Under the pieces are notes generated by a model, which was not told where the DNA came from, did no database searches, and saw nothing but the letters and a program-made list of their open reading frames with translations. Below, piece by piece: positions 10,164-23,900 of a stretch of DNA of 64,000 bases. How positions within the stretch are numbered: the first letter of the stretch is position 1; each line of letters starts with the position of its first letter. A program made the position numbers and the translations under genes. The DNA is taken from the NCBI RefSeq assembly GCF_006345805.1, contig NC_043004.1, positions 82,088,001 through 82,152,000 of the forward strand, given 5' to 3'. This stretch comes from Octopus sinensis (lineage: Eukaryota).

Positions 10164-13100
10164 TGTTTAACATCTGTTTTCCATGCTGGCATGGGTTGGA
10201 CAGTTTGACCAGAGCTGGTAAGTTGAAGAGCTGCATCCAGTTCTAGTCTGATTTGGCATGGGTTCTATGGCTGGATGCCCTTCCTAATGCCAACCATTTT
10301 ACAGTGTGTGGTGAGTGCCTTTAATATAGCACCAGCACGACTGCTGTCACGTGACACTAGAACACGTGCTTTTTACGTGGCACTGACAGATGACTCTTGT
10401 GGGGTCAATACGCTTCACCAGGGGAGTTACCTTAACACTTCTGCTGTGGAGGATGGGTCTTCTTGTATACAGCAAGGCCCCAGGTATCGCAGGACTTTGT
10501 CATCTCATCTGAAAGGTTCAATGTACTGAGGTCATCTTTCAGTACTTTGTCCCTTGTATTCCTGGGTCTCCCTCTTCTACACTGCACCTAATTCCTTCCA
10601 AGTCCACGTGGTTTTCTCTCTTGCACACTGCATCTAATTACTACAATGATGTAGAGGCGCAATGGCCCAATGGTTAGAACAGCGGACTTGTAGTCATAGG
10701 ATTGTGGTTTCGATTCCCAGACCGGGTATTGAAAGTTTATTGATCAAAAACACCTAAAGCTTCACAAGGCTCCAGCAGGGGGTGGTGGCAAACCCTGCTG
10801 TACTCTTTCACCACAACTTTCTCTCACTCTTTCTTCCTGTTTCTGTTGTACCTGCATTTCAAACGGCCAGCCTTGTCACACTCTGTGTCAAGCTGAATCT
10901 CCCCGACAACTACATTAAGAGTACACGTGTCTGTGGTGTGCTCAACCACTTGGACATTAATTTCACAAACAAGGAGTTCCGTTGATTGGATCAACTGCAA
11001 CCCTCGTCGTCGTAACCATTGGAGTGCCACGACTACAATAATAATGATAATGATAATTATGATGATGATCATCATCATCTTAGTGCTTAACGAATTCACT
11101 CAGGAATTTAGTGAGCTGATTGGCATCCACCAAAGCTCATTTCTGTCTCAATTTATTATAATTCTCCAAGCTATAAAAGAGGAGTTTAGGATTAGCCTCC
11201 TGTGCGAACTCCTTTTTGCTGATAACCTAGTCCTTATAACAGAGTTTGTGAAAGACTTGGAGAAGAAATTTCAGATTTGGAAACAAAGACTTGAATTGTG
11301 ATTCCTTATGGTAAGCTTGTTAAAGACCAAAGTTGTAGTTAATAGAAAGGCAGACTGGACCTTGTTGCCACAAGGAAAATGGTCATACACAATATGAAAA
11401 ACTACTTGGGCTGGAATGCATTTGGTGTACATGATGTGAAATATGAGTGCAGAGGAGATGTACCGGATTCATGAACAGGCTGATGGCGAATAAAGACTTT
11501 GTATGTGGCAGAAAGACATGAATAGTTATCCGCCAGTGCATTTAAATTATTTTATATCCAGCCCAAATATTTTACTTGTTTATGTTTAAACAATTCCATA
11601 TCCAGCCTCTCACACCGACCCTACAATATCAGTCTAGAAATAAACAATCACGTCATTGAGTTCGTGAAGTGATATTCTTTTATTTCTTTCAGTCATTTGA
11701 CTGTGGCCATGCTGGAGCACTGCCTTTAGTTGAGCAAATTGACCCCAGGACTTACTCTTATAAGCCTAGTACTTATTCTGACAGTCTCTTTTGCCGAACT
11801 GCTAAGTGATGGGGACCTATATATATATATATATATGTTTGTCCCAACCAACATCGCTTGACAACCGGTGCTGGTGTGTTTACGTCCCCATCACTTAGCA
11901 GTTCTGGAGTGCAGTCACCATCTCGATTTATTTTGGAGCCAAGGAACATGAAATCATCAACCACTTCGATCTCTTCATTATCGATCTTGATGTTGATGTT
12001 TGTTGTGGCTGCTGTTGACATGATCTTCGTTTTCTTAACATAAATATATACAGTCGCCATTATAGATCATTAGCCACTACACACATTTTTTTCTCTCCTT
12101 GTTCTCTGTGTCCCTTTCTGTAGAAGAGCGCAGGCTCGAAACGTAAAAGACTTTTCCTATTCCTGAGCGTTATACTAATACATCTGTTTGTTTTGTAAAC
12201 CACTTGTCTTTGTCTTTTGTTTTTTTCATAAACTCTCCCTATATATATATATACGATGGGCTTCTTTCAGTTTCCGTCTACCAAATCCACTCACAATTTT
12301 TGGTCGACCTGAGGCTATAGTAGAAGACACTTGCCAAGGTGCCACGCAGTGGGACTGAACCCAGAGCCATGTGGTTTGTTAGCAAGCTACTATAATGCAT
12401 GATTAATTCAAAACATTGTGCATAAATAAATAAGAATTACATTTGACAGAGGAATCCGAATTGTATAGAACTCCTTTCAGTGCTAAGAACCCATGGGTTT
12501 TGTTTGGGTAGTCATTGCTCAGAAGGGTTTTTGAGGTCATAGTGCAAGTCTTATCTCAGCCTCTTTTGGTTGTCTCTTACGACAAGCAGAGGAGACGTTG
12601 GGTTGATTCTTCAACCAGCTTGCCGGTCCCCCCACTCAGCAATAGAGCAACGAGAAATAATGGAGATTTACTTAACAACACAAGATGCTAGAAAATTACT
12701 ATTTTTAAATCTCACAATCTGAGATATTCAGCAACAGTACTTTTGATTGTGTTCGCTGGCATGTAAAAGCACCCACTACACTCACGGAGTGGTTGGTGTT
12801 AGGAAGGGCATCCAGCTGTAGAAACACTGCCAGATCAGACTGGAGCCTGGTGCAGCCTCCTGGTTTCCCAGACCCTGGTTGAACCATCCAACCCATGCTA
12901 GCACGGAAAACGGATGTTAAACGATGATGATGATGATGATTGTTTGCCAACATAACATGGCAGTCATGGTTTAGGACGAATGTTTCTGTAATTTAGCCCC
13001 AGGAGACTTAGTCTCCAGCTGGCTCTACGACACGATCTGTGTCCTTATATTTTTGAACAAGGGAATCTAGCACCCCTGCTCAGCTCAAAACTATCTGTGT

Positions 13101-14077
13101 ATCGCAATTTCTGGGTTATTTTTCTTCATCAGCACAGAATAATTATTCAGTTAGAGGTGGCACTGCCAAATTCCTGTTTGAAATATATAGTTTTCAAAGT
13201 GATAACTAGTTATGATTTATAAATTTGAAAATTACTATTTGTAAATCACACAATATAAGGACACAGATTGTGTCATAAAGGCAGCTGGAGACGGTCTCCT
13301 GGGGCTAAATTACAGCAACATTAGTCCTAAACCGAGACTGCTATGTTATGTTGGTAAACAACCTTTACTACAACACAACATGCTGCCTGATCCCTGAATC
13401 AAAAACTCCACCACTTGACTCTGTTACCCTATTGGTACAGCAGAAGCATCATCTACCAGGAGTTGTAAGAATCATCAACAAATGGTAGATGCAGTAACAC
13501 TCTGTTACAGCACAGACCTGCATACTACTACTACTACTGCTGCTGCTAGGAAGGTTTTAGAGAAGCTATTAACTTGTGATCGTCAGACTGTAGGAGGACC
13601 TACTACCCTCCAATATTAGGTTCCTACAATTTTCAAAAAAATATTTGCCACTTTATTAATGAGAAGGCAACGAAAGGTTTATTCCGTTTAATAATTCCTA
13701 TGAATCTTCATGGTATTTGGTGTGGGACTCGTCTAAAAGGTGTATAAACTGTAGAACCCTCTTTAATTGTATTAAAAACGGTCCTTTAAGGTCTGTCTCT
13801 GTGTTTTACATCATGTTATTCAGATGGAGTTCTTTTTCTCCCATTTGAGAATTCAAATATGTAAACACACACTTATATGTATATGTTTGTATGTTTTTAT
13901 ATATTATATATATTCACATGTATATGTGTGTGTTTATATATATATATCCAAAGGTAGTGCTTGTTGCTTATTTTGATTATAATCACCCCATTTGATTTAT
14001 ATGGATAATACCATACCAAATTCTGGTGTCTTTAACCTAAGTACCATATTCATCTAAATCTAAATTTTTGCTGAACT

Positions 14078-14172
<95 letters not shown>

Positions 14173-14205
14173 GTAAGTATGTGTGTGTATCTATCTATCT
14201 ATCTA

Positions 14206-14246
<41 letters not shown>

Positions 14247-15918
14247 ATATATATATATTTAATACACATACACGCACACACATCTATGCATATGTATACA
14301 GTGTATATATATGTACAAATATTTATATATGTATGCATATATTTGTGTGTGTGTGTGGGTGTGTGTGTGTAAATGTGTATATATAATAAATTCCTTTTGT
14401 TTTCCTTATTATTCTTTATTCAGTTGGAAAAATCGACATTGGAAGTGTGCGGCTAAATTTCTGGGATCTTGGCGGACAGGAAGAACTACAGTCATTGTGG
14501 GACAAAGTAAGTGGAGTTAGAATACAGTTTCCTTCTCTTGGACAACACAGGGATCTTTTCGGTTTGAACGGCAGTTTTTTTAGCAGTGTCATATGAAATT
14601 GTCACCCATAATTATGACCCTAATATCAATCTATTGCATTTCAATATGTTTTAAGGTTAGGGTTAGGGTTAAGAGTGGGGGAAGGGTATCTTTTTTTCTT
14701 CAGAAATATAAATAAACCCAATCTGTTTCTTAAACGAGGGACATATTCATACGGCACAGAATGTTTTCACCTCAATAGACGTCATTGATTGGTTGAAATT
14801 GCAGAAATTGAAGAGACAAAACAACACATATCTTACAGACTATAGAATTTTCTCAATAAAGCCAAGAGAAAAAGGTGTTTTATAAACACATTCTACCAGT
14901 ATACGAAGTTTAAAAGTGTTTAGTTACGTGGAAATTATTTTTAAAAACTCCCGTTCAAACCGAAAAGATCCCAACACAGCTCCAATATTGGTAAAAATAT
15001 CAGTTTCGGATTTTGGCACAAAGCCAGCAATTTCGGGAGAGGAGGTTAAATTGGTTGCTACTTCTGTCTGGTACAGATTTCTTTAATCTCTATCAAATAT
15101 TGCTTGAGTTACGTCCCTTTATAAAGTTATTTCCCTTTTTATAATTTTAACTGGCAAACGGTATGTATATACTTGCAAACATTTACGTGGGTGTTTTGAA
15201 TGAAAAAAAGCTCTGAGTTACAAACGGTGATATTTATTGACATTCCCTGTCGACGTTTCATTTGCTGGCTCTGTGCTATTGGACGACGTTCTGCATGAAA
15301 ACTACTGTATTAATAACAAAACAAAACAGGTGTTAATAAGAGGAAAGACATCTAGCTGTAATTCAATGCTTTTATAATATGCGTTCACCTAACTTATTCT
15401 AAGCACGGCTATAGTAGAAGACACGTGCCCTAGGTGCCACGCAATGGGACTGAACCTGGACCCATGTGGTCGGGAAGCCAGCTTCTTACTAAAGAGCCAC
15501 GCCTGTGCCTACATAAACACAACTACACATGTATGTATATGTATACCAACATTTCTCAACTGGGGTTCCCCAGAACCCTAGGGTTCTGCAAAAGGTTTCT
15601 AGGGGTTCTGCAAGAAAGAGTGAGATAATCTAGTGCTAATTTCATGATCATAATATTACTATACATGCACAACATATTATTGGTTGTTGTAAACTTGTAA
15701 TGTAGACATTATCCTATCTAACCTGTTATGTTATCAAAATAACAATTTTTATATATATGTAAAATATGGTATAATTATATACAGGGCAAATTTTAGCCAT
15801 TTCTCTACAGACTGAAAAAAATGATGAACAACCTTAATCAATTTCCGAACCTTTTTGGGTTCTCATCAGAGGTATCTACATCATTCTGAAAGTTTCCAGA
15901 GAATCAAGCAGCCAAACT

Positions 15919-15968
<50 letters not shown>

Positions 15969-16749
15969 AAGGGTGAAAAGGAACACATGAGTTGATATAT
16001 ATGAAAAAACGAGTCAAGATAGAAAATGCTAAAATAATTTTATAAAGAACATTGTGGCCAATGCCAGCGCTGCCTCGACTGGCTTCCGTGTCGGTGGCAC
16101 GTAAAAAGCACCATCCGAATCGTAGCCGAAGTCAGTGCCGCCTTGACTGGCTTCCATAAAATGCACCAATCCGACCGTGGCCGATGCCTGCCTCGCCTGG
16201 CACCAGTGCAGGTGGCATGTAAAAAGCACCCACTACACTCACGGAGTGGTTGGCGTTAGGAAAGGCATCCAGCTGTAGAAACTTTGCCAGATAAGACCGG
16301 AGCCTGGTGCAGCCTTCTGGCTTCCCAGATCCCCGGTCGAACCGTCCAACCCATGCTAGCATGGAGAACGGACGTTAAACGATGATGATGATGATGATGA
16401 TGATTTCAGTACCGGTTTCGGTCATTTTGAGACCTTTTCAACTGTAACGATTAAATAATTAAATTTAGAAAAATTAAAACAAAAGTTTTTTTTAAAGGAA
16501 TTCAGAATTCACAACAACCTCAAACCCACAAGTGTAAAGAAGAGAGACAGAGAAAGGCAGAAACAAGGAAAATGCCACTTATATTTGAACACTATACAAA
16601 TATTGTTTTAAAAAACTTTTCTTTTAATTTTTCTAAATTTAATTATTTAATCGTTACAGTTGAAAAGGTCTCAAAATGACCGAAACCGGTACTGAAATGT
16701 TCTTTATAAAATTATTTTAGCATTTTCTATCTTGACTTGTTTTTTCATA

Positions 16750-16783
<34 letters not shown>

Positions 16784-16999
16784 GTACTTGTTTCAGTCAT
16801 TTGACTGCGGCCATGCTGGAGCACCACCTTTTAGAGTGGTGAAAGAGTACAGCAGGGATCACCACCATCCCCTGCCGGAGCCTCGTGGAGCTTTTAGGTG
16901 TTTTCGCTCAATAAACACACACAACACCCGGTCTGGGAATCGAAACCGTGATCCTCCGACCGCAAGTCCGCTGCCCTAACCACTGGGCCATTGCGCCTC

Positions 17000-17034
<35 letters not shown>

Positions 17035-20000
17035 TATTGTCAGTAAAAAAGGGGTAGAATTAATTAATTGTTAATAAATTCGACCAAGCAGTATTCGGTA
17101 TGTAAAGACCATTTACGGTATATTTGAAGTATTAATTTATAAAAATATGGTAAAGTAAAACAATTCACTTTACCACACACCGAACTTTTCAGAAATAGCA
17201 GCCAAAAATTTGGCTATTTCTTCAACTGCAAATAAAAGTCTCCAGACAATGCATACTCAGAAAATAACTCACATAGGTATAAGGGAAAAACAATGAAAGA
17301 TCACATCCATATACGATACCCGAGGACAGTCTGTTTCTGGATTTGTGGGTAAAACGCCACTTTTCCTTCATCAGCTCAGAGATTTCTTCTGATTTAGATT
17401 TGAAAATACTAAGAATCAAACATACCCGTCCGATATCTGTAACATCGGACAAACCATGCCAGACACCTAGTACTAGCGAATCCAAAAATACAAATGAGAT
17501 CTATTATTCTCCCTGTCCACCCACGTGAGTCATAGAGTAGTACATTTCTACAGAGGTAAAAACTGTAGTTCAAATTCTTGGAGAGAAAGCATTATATTGT
17601 CAGTAAAAAAGGGGTAGAATTAATTAATTGTTAATAAATTCGACCAAGCAGTATTCGGTATGTAAAGACCATTTACGGTATATTTGAAGTATTAATTTAT
17701 AAAAATATGGTAAAGTAAAAAAATTCACTTTACCACACACCGAACTTTTCAGAAATAGCAGCCAAAAATTTGGCTATTTCTTCAACTGCAAATAAAAGTC
17801 TCCAGACAATGCATACTCAGAAAATAACTCACATAGGTATAAGGGAAAAACAATGAAAGATCACATCCATATGCGATACCCGAGGACAGTCTGTTTCTGG
17901 ATTTGTGGGTAAAACGCCACTTTTCCTTCATCAGCTCAGAGATTTCTTCTGATTTAGATTTGAAAATACTAAGAATCAAACATACCCGTCCGATATCTGT
18001 AACATTATATATGATGCTTACCATGTGAACTACAATGAAAAGAATATGAAAGATATGGTATACAGTTTTTTTCAGAGTAATGATTGTTTGCCAACATAAC
18101 ATGGCACTCCTGGGTTAGGACTTATGTTGCTGTAATTTAGCCCCAGGCGACATCGTCTCCAGTTGGCTATATGACACGATCTGTGTCCTTATATTTTCGA
18201 ACAAGGGAATCTAGAACCCACCATTCAGCTCAAAACAATATTTGTGTGTGGTGCTAGATTCCCTTGTTTGAAAATATAAGGACACAGATCATGTATAGCC
18301 AGCTGGAGACGATGTCTCCTGGGGCTAAATTACAGCAACATTCGTCCTAAACCAGGACTGCCATGTTATGTTGGCAAACAATCTTTACTTCAAAGTACTG
18401 TTGCTGAATATCTAACGTTGTGAGATTTAAAAATAGTAATTTACAATTTTTTCTGTGCATGGGTTCCATGAGGCATGTAATTTATTTGAAGGGTTATGCG
18501 AGGGTAAAAAGGTTGGGAAACACTGATGCATACTCTCATACACACACACACACACACACAGAGTCTAAGTGATTATCTTCCTCTTTTTCATTTTAGTATT
18601 ATGCCGAGTCACATGCTATCATCTACATTGTGGATTCTTCAGATACAGAAAGATTAGATGAATCGAAAGAAGCCTTTGGTATGTAGCCATTCTCTGAGTT
18701 TCCATTGTTTTATAATATTTTTATTGTTAAAAGGCGGCGAGCTGGCAGAAATGTAAGCACGCAGGGTGAAATACTTAATGGTATTTCATCTGTCTTAATG
18801 TTCTGAGTTCAAATTCCGCTGAGGTCAACTTTGCCTTTCATCCTTTCAGGGTCAATAAATTAAGTACCAGTTGCATACTGGGGTCGACTTGCCCCCACCC
18901 CCAAAATTTTACTCCTAGTGCCTAGAGTAGCAAAGAATATTTTTATTGTTAACTTTCATTTTTCGTTTTGTTTTTTTGTTGTTTTATCACCACTCAAAGC
19001 TGTCAGATTGAACAGACTTATGATCAGCGTTATTCCAAAGACATTCAACCCTCTTCTGTTTCAAGAAGGTAGCTAAAGGATGACCCTGTTTCTCAGGTAG
19101 CTAAAGGATGATCCTTTAGCTTCCTGAGATCTTTTATCACAGAAGGCACAAGACCTGTGAAGGAGACCAAAAGACTAATACTGCTGGCAAAACCTGTATT
19201 TTCAAATTATATGACATCTTGAGAAATTGTACTTTGAGCATCGAGATCAAGATTTGTATATATAACTGCTATGTCTACCTTGTGTTAATGTATGGAAGTG
19301 AGACAAAGTTTATGACATCAGAAATGAGAAAACTCTTGGAGAGCAATGGAATGTGGTTCTTAAGAGGAATATTGAGGATAACATGGACAGGCAAAGTGTC
19401 TAACGAAGAAGTGATGACCCAGGCTGCGGTAAATAGGAAACTGCTTTATGAGATAAAGGCCAAACAACTGATGTTTCTTGGTCGTGCTATGAGGTAAGAG
19501 GTCTTGGAGAATTTAGCGATGACCAGAAAAATTGAAAGGAAAAGCAGCAGAGGAAGGAGAGAGATGATATGGATGGTTGGAACTGGTTGGATGAAAGAAG
19601 TATCAAACATCAAGAACTGGAACTGTTACAGAAAACAAAGAACAGTGAAATGTTGCTGGACATCATCACCCATGTCCTACATTCTGGACATAACACCTAA
19701 AGAAAGACTCTGAATCTATGCTACCCAGTGTGTCCTCCTATTCTTTTGTTATATTTTAAAGACAATAAGATATGATTTGAGGGAAATTTGGTTGTTATTT
19801 CTTGTGTGATCACATCTAAGCACTCCCATTTGTTATTTTACTTCACCAGTACTGGTCTGGTGGTTGTGGCCCCTGGTGGGATAACCCCTGCCTCCCTGAT
19901 TATAAGTTCTGTTCTGGCTTGATATAGCTGTTATGTCCAATCCTTGAGCAAGGTAATTAACTCTTGTGGAAGTAAATAATCGTTTCTAATCTAGGCACAT

Positions 20001-22547
20001 GAAGGTGCATGGCTTAATGGTTGGGATGTTGCACTCACTGTTGCTAAATCGTAGGTTCAATTCCTAGACCTGGCAGCTTGTTGTGTTCTTGAGCAAAAAC
20101 ACCTTCATTTCACATTCACCTGTGGATGGGAGAAGGGCTGAATCATCGACATGCCAGCAGATATGCTTTATGGTTTATCTCCCGACTCTCTACATTTCAA
20201 GTTCAAATCTCACCTGCCAGGAGAAAGCAATGAGAAACTGCTCAGTGTGGCAGGACACCATAACTTATGTCCTACATTCTGGACATAACACCTGAAGAAA
20301 GAATGTCAATCTATGTTATCCAATGTTCCAGTATTCTCAAGTCTATTATTGGTAGTCAGAGTACCAGTGATCTACTTAACCCTTTCATTATTATATTTCT
20401 AAGTAAAACACACCCCTCATGAGTTTCAATTAAATTCTAAAACCCTTTCATTACCAACCCGGCTGAAACCAGCTCTGGTTCTGAATAAAACTGTCTTGTT
20501 TTCATAAGTTTTAAATTAAAACCTTCCACCAAACCTTAGTCATAATTTATGTTCCTAACACAAGCTGAATGATAACTAAGTTATTTTACTAAATTCTTTG
20601 TTATAGTTAAAGTAATTGAAAGAAACACAGAGCATCTCAAAATAAATACAGTAACAAAAGGGTTAAACAGCTGTAACTATTTTAGTTATCAATATATTAA
20701 TGTGATTTTTGGAACATAATTGATGAAAAGGTTCTTAATTAATTCTGTTGCATAACTTTTGTCTCAAAGTGACTCTAATTACTTGGTAAATACATGCTAG
20801 TGGAACATAAAATGCACTGTCCAAATGTGGCCAATGCCAGTGCCCCACCAACCGGCTCCTGTGTTGGTGGCACATAAAAAGCAGCACCTGAACGCAGCCG
20901 ATGCCAGTAGCCCCTGACTGGCACATACAAAGCACTATCCAAATGTGATTGATGTCAGGCCCGCCTGACTGGCTCCTGTGCTGGTGGCATGTAAAAAGCA
21001 CCCACTACACTCTCAGAGAGGTTGGCATTAGGAAGAGCATCCAGCTGTAGAAACATTGCTTGATCAGATTGGAGCCTGGTGCAGTCGCTGGCTCTCCAGA
21101 CCTCAGTCAGACCATCCAACCCATGCCAGCATGGAAGTGGACGTTAAACGATGATGATGATTGTTTAATTTTGGAATGATATTATAGGGTAATTGTGAGA
21201 GGCCAGATCTGGCCAGTTTGAATATAAACAGGTAGATTATTTAGGCCGGAGGTGACCAGTTTAAATGCTAAAGGGTTTAGGTGTGAAATGAACCAATGAT
21301 TTGTTGATAGAAGTGACAGCATGATCACTCATAGAAGGCAACTTTTGTGAAATGCAGCGCAAATGTAAACCATCATGCCGACACACACACATACATACCT
21401 AAATCTCATTCAAGTTCAAACAAGTAGTTGTTTTAGATACAGAAGAGTTTAGAAGATTGGAGAAGCTCTGTAAGGTGACTACAGTATATCAGACTGATTA
21501 TTGTGTGGTAGAGAAACAGGGGTACCTACCCTTATATAATGCTGAGTAACCATGAAATATGCATTTCTGCTCTCATTTTAGTAACAGCAGTAGCATTAAA
21601 GCAGCTCCCATGTTATTATAGCAGTAGTTGGAGAAGGCACATGGCTCAATGGTTAGAGTGTTAAACTCGCAATCATGAGGTAGTGAGTTCAATTCCAATT
21701 CCTGGACCACGCTGTGTGTTGTGTTCTTGAGCAAGGCTCTTTATTTCATGTTGCTCCAGGTGACTCATCTGTAGAAATGAGATGCGATGTCACTGGTGCC
21801 AAGCTGCATCAGCCCCTTTGCCTTTCTCTTGGATAACATCGCTGGTGTGGAGAAGGAATTCTGGTATGCATGGGTAATTGCTGGTCTTCTGTAAAACGAC
21901 CTGACCCAGACTTTCTAGGTGTGAGCCCATGGTTGTCCATGACTGAAGGGGGTCTTTAGTTAGGAGAGTGATGGAGGAATGAGGGATACAGAAGTGAAGG
22001 GTTGATGAAGAATGTTTGACTGTGTCAAATTAGGCAAGGGGCTTAGCTATGTGTACACAAATATATATATGTATGTATGTGTGCATGTATATATATATAT
22101 ATGTGTGTATGTAGGTATATAAATACATATACTTGTGTGAATATATATGCATGTACGTATGCACATATATATATATATATCATCATCATCAAACGTCCAT
22201 TGTCCATGCTGGCATGGGTTGGACGGTTTGACCAGGGCTGGTGAGCTGGAAGGCTGCACGATACTCCTGTCTGATTTGGCATGGTTTTCTACAGCTGGAT
22301 ACCCTTCCTAACACCAACCACTCCGAGAGTGTAATGGTTCCCCTTATGTGCCACTGGCATGGGTGCCATTTGCATGACACCAATCAGCTTGATGGGTCTT
22401 CTTTTTCTCAAACATGACATAATACCAAAGGTCTCGGTCTTTGCCTCTGTGAGGCCCGACATTTGAATGATGTTCTTTACATGCCACCAGCATGGGTATC
22501 TGTCTGTCTGTTTATCTATATACACACATGTATATTTCTATTTGTGC

Positions 22548-22619
<72 letters not shown>

Positions 22620-23869
22620 GTAGGCACAGGAGTCGCTGTGTGTTAAGTAGCTTGCTTTCCAACTGCTTTGTTCCAGGTTCAGTCCCACTATGTAGCACCT
22701 TGGGCAAGAATCTTCTAATGTAGCCTCGGGCCGACCAAAGACTTGTGAGTGGATTTGGTAGACAGAATCTGAAAGAAGCCTGTCGTATATATATTATATA
22801 TATATATCTGTGTGTGTATTTTTGTGTGTCAGTGTTTGTCCCCCCCCAACATAGCTTGATAACTGATGCTAGTGTGTTTACGATAGAATAAGTACCAGAC
22901 TTTCAAAGAACAAGTCCTGGGGTCGATTTGTTCGACTAAAGTGCGGTGCTCCAGCATGGCTGCAGTTATATGACTGGAACAAATAAAAGAATACACACAT
23001 ATGTATATGTGTATATATATATATATATAGAGAGAGAGAGATATATATATGTATTTATTTATTTATATATGTGTGTATGTATGTGTGTGTTTTTGTTTAT
23101 ATTTACAGAAAGGAAACATTTACAATGCTACTTTTGTCTTTTTTTTTTTTGTTCTGATATTCCAAAAGCGTTGCATTGTCATCATTTGATACTTACTCTT
23201 TTCTTAGCCCATCTTTGTGCCATTCCACCTGTCTGCCAAAGTTTAATATATGGTCCTTGATATCTTTAAGAAGTAGAACAAAGATTGAAAAATATTCTCA
23301 ACCGGTTCTTTTTGGCATTTCCAGTGCTTTATTTGCCAAAAATGGTTATTTTCTTTTGTGTTGTTCCACAGAGGAAATAATGTGAATGGAATGGTAATTA
23401 ATGATTGAAAGAATGAAAGAATAAGACACAACAAGGTTAGAAATGAGTGTGAAAATTGTAAGAAAACTAAAAGAATTTAGAATTGTTACAAAGAATATTT
23501 TAAGCGAAGGCATGGCTGTATGGTTAAGAAACCCAATTTACAACCGTGTAATTTAGGGTTCAGTCCTACTGTGTGGCACCTTGGGCAAGTGTCTTCTACA
23601 ATATTTTTGATGCCAATGAATGCCTTGTGACATAGGGCAATGAGCTGGCAGAAAAGTTAGCATGCCGGGTGAAATGTTTAGTGGTATTTCGTCTGTCTTT
23701 ATGTTCTGAGTTCAAATTCTGCCGAGGTCGACTTTGCCTTTCATTCTTTCAGGGTCAATAAATTAAGTACCAGTTGCATACTGGGGTTGATCTAATCGAA
23801 TGGCCCCACCTCTCCAAACATTTCAGGCTCTGTGCCTAGAGTAGAAAAGAATGAAGGCCTTGTGACAGA

Positions 23870-23900
<31 letters not shown>

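Larger units (their letters stand above)
17033..18005 (-). repeat. Partial tandem direct repeat, period 560 bp (two ~412-bp copies), flanked by (TA)n
   Basis: 17033-17445 vs 17593-18005; only two substitutions seen by eye. Confidence 0.95.

Noticed and set aside
17036-18004. TRIM or LTR element (TG...CA ends)
   Set aside because: No primer-binding site, polypurine tract or 4-6-bp TSD seen; the hammerhead-bearing tandem fits a pLTR or retrozyme better
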